A stretch of DNA of 64,000 nucleotides from an uncultured Solirubrobacteraceae bacterium (lineage in GTDB: Bacteria > Actinomycetota > Thermoleophilia > Solirubrobacterales > Solirubrobacteraceae): NCBI GenBank assembly GCA_963721315.1, contig CAVRIU010000007.1, positions 79,215-143,214 of the forward strand, in the 5' to 3' direction. The position numbers were made by a program, and so were the translations under genes. A model generated the notes under the pieces. The model had not been told where the DNA came from and searched no databases. It was given only the letters and a program-made list of their open reading frames with translations. Below are positions 1 through 9,586 of the stretch, piece by piece. Positions within the stretch are counted from its first letter, which is position 1. Each line of letters opens with the position of its first letter.

Positions 1-2007
1 GTGCACGTCCTCGCCGCGCAGGAAGATCTGCCTGCAGCACGTCCTCGTCGGCGATGTGGGCGAGCACGCGCAGCTCGACCTGGGAGTAGTCGACCGAGAT
101 CAGCACGTTGCCGGGCTCGGCGACGAAGCAGGCGCGGATCTCGCGCCCGGTCTCCGAGCGGATCGGGATGTTCTGCAGGTTCGGGTTGATCGAGGCCAGC
201 CGCCCGGTCGCCGTGTTCGTCTGCAGCAGCGTCGTGTGCAGCCGGCCGTCGTCGCCGATCGCGGCCGGGAGCTGCTCGAGGTAGGTCTGGACGAGCTTGG
301 TCAGCTCGCGCCAGCGCTCGATCTTCGCGACGATCGGGTGCTCGTCGCGGATCGCCTGGAGCACGCGCGCGTCGGTCGAGAAGCCGGTCTTGCCGCGCCG
401 CTTGCGCGACAGCCCGAGCTTGACGAACAGCACCTCGGCGAGCTGCTGCGGCGAGCCGATCATGAACTCCTCGCCGGCCAGCTCCCAGATCTCGCGCTCG
501 AGCTCGGCGGCGGCGGCGCGCATCCCCAGCCCGGCCTGCTCGAGCCGCGCGGTGTCGAGCTTGATGCCCGGCCTTCTCGGTCTCGCGCAGCACGTGCACG
601 AGCGGCAGCTCGATCTCGCGCAGCAGGTCCTCGAGGCCGCGCTCGCGCACCTGCTCGCGCTGGCGGCCGGCGAGCTCGTGCGCGAGCACCGCGCGCGCGG
701 CCTCCGGATCGTCGGCGGTCGACGGCCATGCCGCGCTCCTCGCAGAGCTCGTCGAGCGGGTAGCCGCGGCGCGCGGGATCGAGCAGGTACGCCGCCACCT
801 CGGTGTCCCAGACGAGGTTCGCCGGGACCTCGCCGAGCGACTTCGCGTCGTGCGCGATCACCGGGCGGTCGCCCGCCGCCGCGACCAGCTCGGCCGGGTC
901 CTCGACCTCGCCGGCGAGCGCGTGCGGCCCGCCCGCGTAGGCGCCGAAGCGCCAGCCGCTCGCGCGCGGCAGCAGCTCGCCCTCGGGCGTCTCGGGCGCG
1001 GTCGCGACCAGCGCCAGCTCGGCGCCGGTCAGGCGCGACAGGTCGGCGGCGGAGCCCTTGCGCACCGCGACGGTGCGCGCGCTCTCGGCCTCCGGGCGCG
1101 GGATCGCGGCGGACTCGGCGGCGTCGAGCGCCTCCTCGAGCCGCCGCAGCGGGTCGCGCAGCTCGAAGTCGCGGAAGATCGCGCGCAGCCGCGAGCGGTC
1201 GCGCTCGCGCGTCAGCTCGGCCGACAGGTCGAGCTCGACCGGCACGTCGCGCACCATCGTCGCCAGCCGCTTGGAGATGCGCGCGTCCTCGGCGTGCTCG
1301 GTCAGGTTCTGCTTGCGCTTGGCGCCGGAGATCTGGTCGACGCTCGCGAGCACCTCCTCGAGCGAGCCGAAGCGCTGCAGCAGCTCGGCGGCGGTCTTGT
1401 CGCCGATGCCCGGGACGCCCGGGATGTTGTCGGACGTGTCGCCCTTCAGCCCGATGAAGTCGGGCACCAGCTCGGGCGGGATCCCGTAGCGGTCGATCAC
1501 GCCCTGGCGGTCGTAGACCTTCGTGTCGGTGATGCCGCGCGACGTCGTCATGATCCGCACGCCGTCGGTGACGAGCTGGTAGGCGTCGCGGTCGCCGGTG
1601 ACGACCATCACGGGGATCCCGTCGGCGCGCGCGCGCTCGGTCAGCGCGGCGATCACGTCGTCGGCCTCGTAGCCCTCGACCGAGATGTTGGGGTAGCCGA
1701 ACGCGTCGACGAGCGGCGCGAGGTGCGGCCACTGCTGCTTGAGCAGGTCGGGTCGCGAGGAGCGCTGCGCCTTGTAGTCGGCCGAGATCTCCTTGCGGCC
1801 GGACATGCCGGCGTCCCAGACGACGACGGTCGGCACGTCGCCGTGGTCGGTGAGGATCTTCACCAGCATCGAGGCGAAGCCGAAGATCGCGTTCGTCGGG
1901 CGGCCGTCGGAGGTCGCGATCGACTCCGGCAGCGCGAAGAAGGCGCGGTAGGCGAGCGAGTTGCCGTCGATCAGGAAGAGCTCGCGGATGCCGTTCGTGT
2001 CCGCCAT
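1..2007 (-). CDS. polA: DNA polymerase I (C-terminal end runs off the window at nt 1; reading frame broken as sequenced)
   Basis: ORF 460..2007 begins MADTNGIRELFLIDGNSLAYRAFFALP (5-3 exonuclease domain). After frame breaks near ~715, ~565 and ~35, the other minus frames read the polymerase motifs NLQNIPIRSETGREIR, DYSQVELRVLAH and IFLRGEDVH down to nt 1. Confidence 0.9.
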
Positions 2008-2032
2008 GCCGCCCGCAAACCTAGCGCGATCC

Positions 2033-2096
2033 AGTGTTCTGATTCGGGGCGGCCGGCAGTCCGCCGACTGCCGTCGAACCGCCGAATCAGGACACT
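2033..2096. repeat. nested imperfect inverted repeat in the polA / CN-hydrolase divergent intergenic region
   Basis: AGTGTTCTGATTCGG (2033-2047) pairs with CCGAATCAGGACACT (2082-2096) at 14/15 positions. It encloses a perfect inner hairpin GGCAGTC-CGCC-GACTGCC (2055-2072). Confidence 0.6.
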
Positions 2097-2099
2097 AGA

Positions 2100-2949
2100 G
2101 TGCGGCCGGTGAGCACCGTCCGCGTCGCCTGCCACCAGCTCGCGCCCGTCGTCGGCGAGCTCGCGGCCAACCGCGCTGCGGGCGCTCGCCGCGCTCGACG
2201 CCGCCGCCGCGGCCGGCGCGCAGATCGTCGTGCTGCCCGAGCTCGCATCGTCGGGCTACGTCTTCCACGACGCGGACGAGGCGCGGGCGCTCGCGGAGCC
2301 CGCCGACGGCCCGACGCTCGCCGGCTGGGCGGAGCGCGCGGCCGCGCACGGGCTCGTGGTCGCCGGCGGCTTCGCGGAGCTCGGGCGCCGACGGCCAGCT
2401 CTACAACAGCGCCGCGCTGATCGATCCCGGCGGGGTCCGCGCGGTCTACCGCAAGGTCCACCTGTGGGACCGCGAGAAGCTCGTCTTCACCCCCGGCGAC
2501 GAGCCGCCGCCGGTGCTCGACACGGTGCACGGCCGGATCGGGCTGATCGTCTGCTACGACCTCGAGTTCCCGGAGTGGACGCGTTCCGTGGCACTGCGCG
2601 GCGCCGAGCTGCTGTGCGTGCCGACGAACTGGCCGCGCGAGCCACGACCCGCCGGCGAGCGGCCGATGGAGGTGCTGCGCGCGATGGTGACGGCGGCGAC
2701 GAACCGCATGGCGATCGCGGTCTGCGACCGCTGCGGCCCCGAGCGCGGCGTCGAATGGGTCGCGGGCACGGCGATCGCCGCGCCCGACGGCTGGCTGCTG
2801 GCCGGGCCGCCGGCCGCGGCCGAGCCGGCGCTGCTGGTCGCCGACGTCGACCTCGCCGCCGCGCGCGACAAGGCGATCGGCCCGCGCAACGACGTGCTCG
2901 CCGATCGCCGCCCGGCGCTCTACGGCGCGCTCGGACGATCCCCCCGTGA
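2100..2949 (+). CDS. carbon-nitrogen hydrolase (nitrilase superfamily); frame broken at ~2185 and ~2388, 3-prime end uncertain (2949-2975)
   Basis: The E-K-C triad contexts LPELASSGY, YRKVHLWD and LIVCYDLEFPE are read across three ORF-track pieces (2100.., 2230.., 2513..). A run of six C at ~2940 decides which stop codon is used. Confidence 0.8.
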
Positions 2950-2998
2950 CGCACGTCCGTACCACGAGCAGATGATCCGACGAGGAGACGACTGTGCG

Positions 2999-3940
2999 AT
3001 GCGTGTGACGGTGACCGGGGCGACGGGCCGGATCGGGACGCGGCTCGTGGGCGCGCTGCGGCAGCGCGGTGACGAGGTCACGGTGCTCTCGCGCAACCCG
3101 GACAAGGCCCGCGCGGCCCTCGGCGTCGAGGCGCACGCCTGGCAGCCGGAGTCAGAGCCGGCGCCCACCGCCGCGCTCGCGGGCCGCGACGGCGTCGTGC
3201 ACCTCGCCGGCGAGGACGTCGCGCAGCGCTGGAACGACGACGTCAAGCGGCGGCTGCTGTCCTCGCGCGAGCTCGGCACGCGCAACCTCGTCGCCGGGCT
3301 GCGCGCGGCCGAGCCGCGTCCGGGCGTGCTCGTCTCCGCCTCGGCCGTCGGCTACTACGGCCCGCGCGGCGACGAGCGCGTCACCGAGGAGGAGCCGGCC
3401 GGCGACGACTTCCTGGCGCAGATCTGCGTCGTCTGGGAGCGCGAGGCGGCCGCGGCAGAGGAGCTCGGCGTGCGCGTCGTGCGCGTCCGCACCGGGATCC
3501 CGCTGGACAAGGGCGGCGGCGCGCTGGCGACGATGCTGCCGTTCTTCCGGCTCGGCGTCGGCGGTCCCGTCGCGGGCGGTCGCCAGTACATGTCCTGGAT
3601 CGCACCTCGACGACCTCGTCGGCATCTACGTCGCGGCGCTCGACGGGGCGGAGTGGAGCGGCGCGGTCAACGGCACGGCGCCGGACCCCGCGACGAACAA
3701 GGAGTTCTCCAAGGCGCTCGGCCGCGCGCTGCACCGGCCGGCGCTCGCCCCGGTGCCGAGCCTGGCGATCCGCGTGCTCTACGGCGAGATGTCGCAGATC
3801 GTCGTGAACGGGCAGCGCGTGGTGCCCGAGCGCGCGCAGGCGCTTGGCTACAGCTTCGCCCACCCCGACCTCGACGAGGCGCTGCGCAGCGCGCTCGCGG
3901 ACTCGCGAATTGTCACACGGCGCGCGCCCGCGCGCGTTAG
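2999..3940 (+). CDS. TIGR01777/YfcH-type NAD-dependent epimerase family protein (DUF1731 C-terminus); frame break ~3598, 3-prime end uncertain
   Basis: MRVTVTGATGRIGTRLV Rossmann N-terminus, then YMSWI|HLDDLVGIYVAAL...NGTAPDPATNKEFSKALGRALHRPA...VVPERAQALGYSFAHPDLDEAL read across two frames. Confidence 0.75.
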   Translation: MRVTVTGATGRIGTRLVGALRQRGDEVTVLSRNPDKARAALGVEAHAWQPESEPAPTAALAGRDGVVHLAGEDVAQRWNDDVKRRLLSSRELGTRNLVAGLRAAEPRPGVLVSASAVGYYGPRGDERVTEEEPAGDDFLAQICVVWEREAAAAEELGVRVVRVRTGIPLDKGGGALATMLPFFRLGVGGPVAGGRQYMSWIAPRRPRRHLRRGARRGGVERRGQRHGAGPRDEQGVLQGARPRAAPAGARPGAEPGDPRALRRDVADRRERAARGARARAGAWLQLRPPRPRRGAAQRARGLANCHTARARAR

Positions 3941-4118
3941 CGTTGTGCCGCATGAGCTCCGACGACAGTCGACCCGGACCGAGCCCGAGCAGACGATTCC
4001 GCCCGTCCCCGCGATCCAGGACGACGACGTACCGGCACGTCGCCTGCTCGCTCATGACCTCGAGCACCTGAACTGGGATCACGACGGCGAGGACGCCGTT
4101 CCACCGCCGGACTGAGCG

Positions 4119-4650
4119 GTCAGCGCGCCTCCGCCGCATCCGCGGCACGCGTGACCGGACAGCGCCCGTCGTGATGGCCGCAGGCGTGCGCGTCGCACAG
4201 CCGGCAGATCGCTCCCGCGGCACGACGGCCGGTGGTCGCGTCCGCCAGCAGCCGGCTCGGCGAGCACGGCCAGCGCGCGGCGGTCGCCGTCACCGAGTGA
4301 TCGCAGCGCGGTCTCCAGCGCCAGCGCGCGCGCGTCGAGCACGCGCTGCCCGGCGCGGCGCCCTGCGGGGGTCAGCGCGACCAGCACGCCGCGACCGTCC
4401 GCCGGGTCGCGCGACCGGGCCGCGAGCCCCGCGGCCTCGAGGCGGTCGATCACGCGCACGGTGCGCGAGTGGCTCAGGCGCAGCCCGCCGGCCAGCGTCT
4501 CGATCGTCCGCCCGCCGGCCCATTCGTGCAGCGCGACCAGCGCCGCCGGGAACGCGCCGCGCAGTCCCGGCCGCGTCCTCGGTCGCATCGCGCATGCGGT
4601 CGCCGAGCGCGACGACGCAGCGCGCCGACGACATTGAGGTCGTGATCCAC
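4119..4650 (-). CDS. MarR-family transcriptional regulator with Cys/His-rich C-terminal tail; about 3 frame breaks
   Basis: wHTH core TIETLAGGLRLSHSRTVRVIDRLEAAGLAARSRDPADGRGVLVALTPAGRR. After a break at ~4245 the tail reads AICRLCDAHACGHHDGRCPVTRAADAAEAR and ends at TGA 4119-4121. The probable GTG start is at 4650. Confidence 0.8.
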
Positions 4651-4661
4651 GCTCGCAATCT

Positions 4662-4680
4662 TATATGCTATTGGCATATA
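4662..4680. promoter_or_regulatory. AT-rich palindrome TATATGC-N5-GCATATA in the ~30-nt marR / zinc-ribbon-gene divergent gap (candidate MarR operator / overlapping -10 elements)
   Basis: TATATGCTATTGGCATATA is seen directly. It is the most AT-rich 19-mer in its neighbourhood and abuts the ATG at 4680. Confidence 0.45.
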
Positions 4681-5479
4681 TGACGCGGACGCCGGACGAC
4701 GATCCCTGGACGAGCGCGCGCTCGGCCGCCCGCGAGGACGTCCACGCGGCGCTGGCGCCGCGCGAGCGTCGCTGTCCCGCGTGCGGCGCGGTGCAGCGCG
4801 GCGGCGGGCGCACCTGCGACAGCTGCGGCGCCGACCTGACAGCTCGTCATCCGCGGCGGCACCCGGAGCGCAAGCCGCTCTACGCCGGCCTGGCCGTGAT
4901 GCTGGTGATGCTGGCCGCGCTCGCCGTGCCGGTGATCGGCGGCCTGCGCGAGGACGCGGCCGGCGAGCGAGCGCGCGCCGCTGCGCGCCAGCAGGCGCTG
5001 GAGGCCGCCGAGCGCGCGCCGCTTGACGCGCGAATGCCCGGCCGGTACGCGCCACCGGCACGCCGCTGCGCGCGGGCGCGGACCCGCTCGCGCACCGCGC
5101 GGCACTCGTGACCGAGGCCGAGCAGCTGATCGCCGCCGATGCCCGCGCGCGCGTCGCCGCCGGCACGCTCAAGGGTGACATCCGCGGCGCCGAGTGCGAT
5201 CCGTTCCCGACCACGGCAGCGAGGCGCGCGGCGGAGCAGGAGCGCGGCACACGCGGCGGGCGCTACGACTGCGTCGCCTACACGTCCAAGTTCGATGCCC
5301 CCGAGGTCAACGGGCAGGGCCGCAGCGGGCTCTTCGGCTATCCCTACTGGCTCGTGATCGAGTACGCCGGCGGCGAGCTCGTGTTCTGCAAGGTCTCCCC
5401 GCGTGCGGGCGAGGGCGGCGTGACGCTCGGGTCCGTGCCGGTGCCGGAGCCCTGTCGCGACCCCTCAGGACCCGGCTAG
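4680..5479 (+). CDS. hypothetical zinc-ribbon, single-pass membrane protein with Cys-containing C-terminal domain; frame break between ~5030 and 5100
   Basis: CPACG...CDSCG zinc ribbon and a TM helix LYAGLAVMLVMLAALAVPVIGGL. The second piece (frame of ORF 5108..5479) reads ...CDPFPTT...YDCVAYTSKFD...GYPYWLVIEYAGGELVFCKV. No family is recognised. Confidence 0.55.
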
Positions 5480-5767
5480 GTCGCCGGGGTGCCGGTCTCC
5501 GTCGCGCCGCTCCTCGGCGATCGCCTCGCGCCGCTGCTTGTTGCCGCCGCGGCCGAACGGCCCGACCTTCTTCCACAGCGAGTCGGCGCGCGGCGGCACG
5601 ACGATCCAGATCAGCGCGCCGATGAAGTTGAGCAGCAGCCCGCAGGCGAGCCCGACGCGCTCGCCGTAGCCCTTGCGGCCCGACAGGTAGGAGGCGATGA
5701 TCGCGGACGCCAGCCACGAGTAGAGCAGCCAGAGCGCCGTCGCGCCGATCAGTGCGAAGAGCGTCAT
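5465..5767 (-). CDS. small hydrophobic membrane protein directly downstream of livF
   Basis: Intact 100-aa ORF with 2-3 predicted TM helices (LFALIGATALWLLYSWLASAIIASYL, GLACGLLLNFIGALIWIVV). It starts 4 nt after the livF stop. Confidence 0.55.
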   Translation of the reverse strand: MTLFALIGATALWLLYSWLASAIIASYLSGRKGYGERVGLACGLLLNFIGALIWIVVPPRADSLWKKVGPFGRGGNKQRREAIAEERRDGDRHPGDLAGS

Positions 5768-5770
5768 CGT

Positions 5771-6482
5771 TCAGGTCCCCAGGTAGGCGTTCTGGACTTC
5801 AGGGTTCTCGCGCAGTGCCGCCGAGTCGTCGGCCAGCACCACCTTCCCGGTCTCGAGCACGTAGCCGCGCGTCGACACCTCGAGCGCGTAGTTGGCGTTC
5901 TGCTCCACGAGCAGGATCGTCGTGCCCTGGTTGTTGATCTCGCGCACCGTCTCGTAGATGCGGTCGACCAGGATCGGAGCCAGGCCCATCGAGGGCTCGT
6001 CGAGCAGCAGCAGCGACGGGTCGGCCATCAGCGCGCGGCCCATCGCGAGCATCTGCTGCTCGCCGCCGGACATCGTGCCGGCCTTCTGGCGCTCGCGCTC
6101 GCGCAGGCGCGGGAACAGGTCGAGCACCCGCTCCATGTCGGTCGTGACGTTGGCGTCGCGGCGCAGGTACGCGCCGAGCTCGAGGTTCTCGCGCACCGTC
6201 ATGCGCTGGAAGCAGCGCCGCCCCTCGGGCGACTGGGAGATCCCCAGGCGGACGATCTCCTGCGCGGGCAGCGTCGAGATCTCCTCGCCACGGAACCGGA
6301 TCGAGCCGCTGCGCGGCGGCGTGAGGCCGGAGATCGAGCGCAGCGTGGTCGACTTGCCGGCGCCGTTGGACCCGATCAGCGTCACGACCTCGCCCTCGTT
6401 GACCGTCAGCGAGATGCCCTTGAGCGCCTCGATCGAGCCGTAGGCGGTGCGGATGTCCTCGACTTCCAGCAGCGGCAGCCAT
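5771..6482 (-). CDS. livF: branched-chain amino acid ABC transporter ATP-binding protein (LivF type); 1-nt break right after the ATG
   Basis: LPLLEVEDIRTAYGSIEALKGISLTVNEGEVVTLIGSNGAGKST, MSGGEQQMLAMGRAL, LLLLDEPSMGLAP. The ATG at 6482-6480 is one base out of frame. Confidence 0.9.
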
Positions 6483-6485
6483 CGC

Positions 6486-7301
6486 TCAGCCCTGCTTTCC
6501 GAGATAGGCCTCGACGACCCGCGGGTCGTGGCGCACCTCGAGCGGCTCGCCTTCAGCGATCTTCTCGCCGTGGTCGAGCACCGTCACCTGCTCGGAGACG
6601 CCCATCACGACCTTCATGTCGTGCTCGATCAGCAGGATCGCGAGCTCGCGGTCGTCGCGCAGCTTGCGCATGAACCCGGTCAGCTGCTCGGACTCCTGCG
6701 GGTTCATGCCCGCGGTCGGCTCGTCCAGCAGCAGCAGCTTCGGATCCGATGCCAGCGCGCGCGCGATCTCGACCCGGCGCTGGTCGCCGTAGGAGAGGTA
6801 TGAGGCGGCGTCGTCGAAGCGGCGGCGGCTGACGCCGGCGTACTCGAGCAGCTCGCGCGCCTTGACCCGCGCGTCGCGCTCCTCGTGCCGCACGCGCGGC
6901 AGGCGCAGGATCGACCCGAGGACCGACGCCCGCAGGCGCGCGTGCTGGCCGACGAGCACGTTCTCGACCGCCGACATGGTCCCGAACAGCCGGATGTTCT
7001 GGAACGTCCGCGCGACCCCGGCCGCCGTGATCTGGTCCGGCCGCCTCGTCGTCACGTCCTTGCCGTCGAACATGACGCTTCCGAGCGTCGGCTTGTAGAG
7101 GCCGGTGAGCATGTTGAAGAACGTCGTCTTGCCCGCTCCGTTGGGCCCGATGATCGAGACGATCGAGCGCTCGGGCACCCGGAACGACACGCTGTTGACG
7201 GCCGTCAGCCCGCCGAACTCCTTCGTCAGGCGGTCCGTCTCGAGGACCGACGTCTCCGACAGCGCCCGTGCCGGCTCAGGCGTGGTCTCGGACGTGCTCA
7301 T
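6486..7301 (-). CDS. livG: branched-chain amino acid ABC transporter ATP-binding protein (LivG type)
   Basis: MSTSETT...LTKEFGGLTAVNSVSFRVPERSIVSIIGPNGAGKTTFFN, LSYGDQRRVEIARAL, LLLLDEPTAGMNP. As sequenced it lies in the same frame as livM, with no intervening stop. Confidence 0.9.
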   Translation of the reverse strand: MSTSETTPEPARALSETSVLETDRLTKEFGGLTAVNSVSFRVPERSIVSIIGPNGAGKTTFFNMLTGLYKPTLGSVMFDGKDVTTRRPDQITAAGVARTFQNIRLFGTMSAVENVLVGQHARLRASVLGSILRLPRVRHEERDARVKARELLEYAGVSRRRFDDAASYLSYGDQRRVEIARALASDPKLLLLDEPTAGMNPQESEQLTGFMRKLRDDRELAILLIEHDMKVVMGVSEQVTVLDHGEKIAEGEPLEVRHDPRVVEAYLGKQG

Positions 7302-8473
7302 GCGCGCGTCTCCACCACGGTCCTCGTCGCCGCCGATCCCCTCGGCGAACTCCGCCTGATGCCGTTTCTCCGGTATCAGCCCCTGCGGTCGCAGGACCAT
7401 CATGATCACCAGCAGGAAGCCGAAGATGCCGAAGCCGAGCTGCGTCAGGTCGAAGTCGAGCCCGAGCTGGCCCGGCACGCCGTTGAGCACGTCGGGGATC
7501 AGGTTCGTGTTGATGAACGAGAGCACGACCGCACCCAGTACCACGCCCCAGATCGATCCCAGGCCGCCGAGGATGATCATCGCCAGCACGAAGATCGAGA
7601 ACGAGAACTCGAACTGGGTGGCGTTGACCGTGTTGTAGAACGAGCCGAGGAACGTGCCGGCCATGCCACCCATCGCCGCGCCCAGCGCGTAGGCGAGCAG
7701 CTTCACGCGCACGGTCGGGATGCCCATGCTGATCGCGGCGACCTCGTCCTCGCGGATCGCCACCCAGGCGCGGCCGATGCGCGAGTCGCGCAGCCGGAAG
7801 TTGACGAACAGCACGAAGAGCGCGAGCGCGAGCGCGGTCCAGTACCAGGGCCGCAGGTTCAGCGTCGTGAAGCGGTCGACGAGCGGGACGTCGATCTTGT
7901 CGACCGGCGTGATCCCGGCGCGGCCGTTGGTGAGATTGAAGCTGCCGATGCCGAACACGCCCGTCGTCGGAGTTGACGGCGATGCGGCCGATGATCTCGC
8001 CGAAGGCGAGCGTGACGATCGCGATGTAGTCGCCGCGCAGTCGCAGCGTCGGGCCAGCCGAGCAAGGCGCCGAGCGACGCGGCGAACAGCGCGGCGACGG
8101 GCAGGATGATGAGCCAGTTGAGGTGGATGCCGGGCAGGTTGGACAGCTGCTCGGAGACGCCGACGTGAATGTCCTTGGTCGAGAAGAACCCGGACGCGAA
8201 CCAGCCCATCGTGTAGGCGCCGATCGCGAAGAACGCGACGTAGCCGAGGTCGAGCAGGCCGGCGAAGCCGACGACGATGTTCAACCCGAGCGCCATCACC
8301 ACGTAGACCAGCGCGACGGTCGCGTCGTTCATGAAGCCGCTGCCCGAGTCGTAGAAGAACGGCAGCACGGCCGCGAACGCGATCCCCGCGACCGTGAGGA
8401 TCAGGCTCGTCCTGACCGGGCCGACCTTCGCCGGCGGCCGGAACGAGCGCGCGCGGGTGGCGACGGCGCTCAT
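7298..8473 (-). CDS. livM: branched-chain amino acid ABC transporter permease (LivM type); frame breaks ~8040 and ~7970, 3-prime end ambiguous
   Basis: MSAVATRARSF...LNIVVGFAGLLDLGYVAFFAIGAYT ... RIGRAWVAIREDEVAAISMGIPTVRVKLLAYALGAAMGGMAG ... MVLRPQGLIPE. The ATG overlaps the livH stop (ATGA 8470-8473). Confidence 0.85.
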
Positions 8474-9532
8474 CCCGCCTCCCTCGTCTGTTCGCCGATC
8501 AGCCCTTGGGGCCGGAACACGAGGATCAGCACGAGATAGCCGAAGACGATCGCCGGCGTCCACTCGGTCCCGATCCGGTTGTCGGAGATCTGCTGCAGGA
8601 TGCCGATGATCAGACCGCCGAGCACCGCGCCCTTGAGGTTGCCGATACCGCCCATGACCGCCGCGGTGAAGGCGATCAGGCCCGCCGTGAAGCCCGAGAA
8701 GAACCACACGTCGGTCTGGTAGAGCGGCGTAGATCAGGCCGGCCGCGCCGGCCATCAGGCCGCCGAGCAGGAACGTGAACGAGATCGTCGTGTCGACGTT
8801 GATGCCCATCAGGCGCGCCGCCTGCGGGTCCTGCGCGGTCGCGCGCATGGCGCGGCCGATGCGCGAGAAGTTGATGAAGTTCAGCAGCACGACGAACAGT
8901 GGCGCGGTCACCGCCAGGGCGAGCACGTCGCCGTTGGTGATCGGGACGCCCAGGATCGTCACGAGCACGCTCTGGGAGTCGATCAGGTCGGGCACGCCGC
9001 GGTGCCCGCCGCCGAGCCACAGCAGGCCGACGTTCTGCAGGATGAACGAGAAGCCCACCGCGGTGATCAGCGGCGCGAGCTTGGGCGCGTTGCGCAATGG
9101 CCTGTAGCCGACCCGCTCGATCATCGTGTTGAGGGTCCCGCAGGCGACCATCGAGAGCACCAGGATCAGCAACAGGCCGAGGATCAGCGCGGCCGCGCCG
9201 CTGTCGACGGTCAGGCCGATGGTGCCGATCATCCCGAAGGCGACGAAGCTGCCGAGCATGAACAGGTCGCCGTGGGCGAAGTTGATCAGCTCGATGATGC
9301 CGTAGACGAGCGTGTAGCCGACGGCGATCAGCGCCCAGATGGCGCCGTTGGAGAGGCCGTCCTTGATGTTGGTGGCGAGCCGTCCGAGATCGCCCTCGTC
9401 CTGCAGGTCCTGGATCCCGTATGCGACTGGGAGGATCAGCAGGATCGCGATCAGGCCGTACCTGGAGATGAACTCGCGCACGACCTCGCCGCGAGCGCGC
9501 GGCGGTCGTGCGGGGATCGAGGCGGTTTCCAT
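8470..9532 (-). CDS. livH: branched-chain amino acid ABC transporter permease (LivH type); frame break ~8720
   Basis: GLSNGAIWALIAVGYTLVYGIIELINFAHGDLFMLG ... RIGRAMRATAQDPQAARLMGINVD ... FTAAVMGGIGNLKGAVLGGLIIG...LVFRPQGLIGE. Confidence 0.9.
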
Positions 9533-9548
9533 GGTTTGTTCGACGCGG

Positions 9549-9578
9549 GCGGCGGGGCCGGCGAACCGGCCCCGCCGC
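9549..9578 (-). other. intercistronic GC hairpin between the binding-protein gene and livH
   Basis: Perfect 13-bp stem GCGGCGGGGCCGG / CCGGCCCCGCCGC with loop CGAA. It lies 8 nt after the SBP stop and 17 nt before the livH ATG, and has no U-tract. Confidence 0.6.
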
Positions 9579-9586
9579 TGTTGCGC

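Noticed and set aside
297-1457. Plus-strand ORFs antisense to polA (56..763, 297..1457, 850..2112), and analogous antisense ORFs throughout the window.
   Set aside because: They have low-complexity R/A/P/S composition, no recognisable motifs, and lie fully antisense to strongly supported genes. This is the typical high-GC shadow-ORF artefact.
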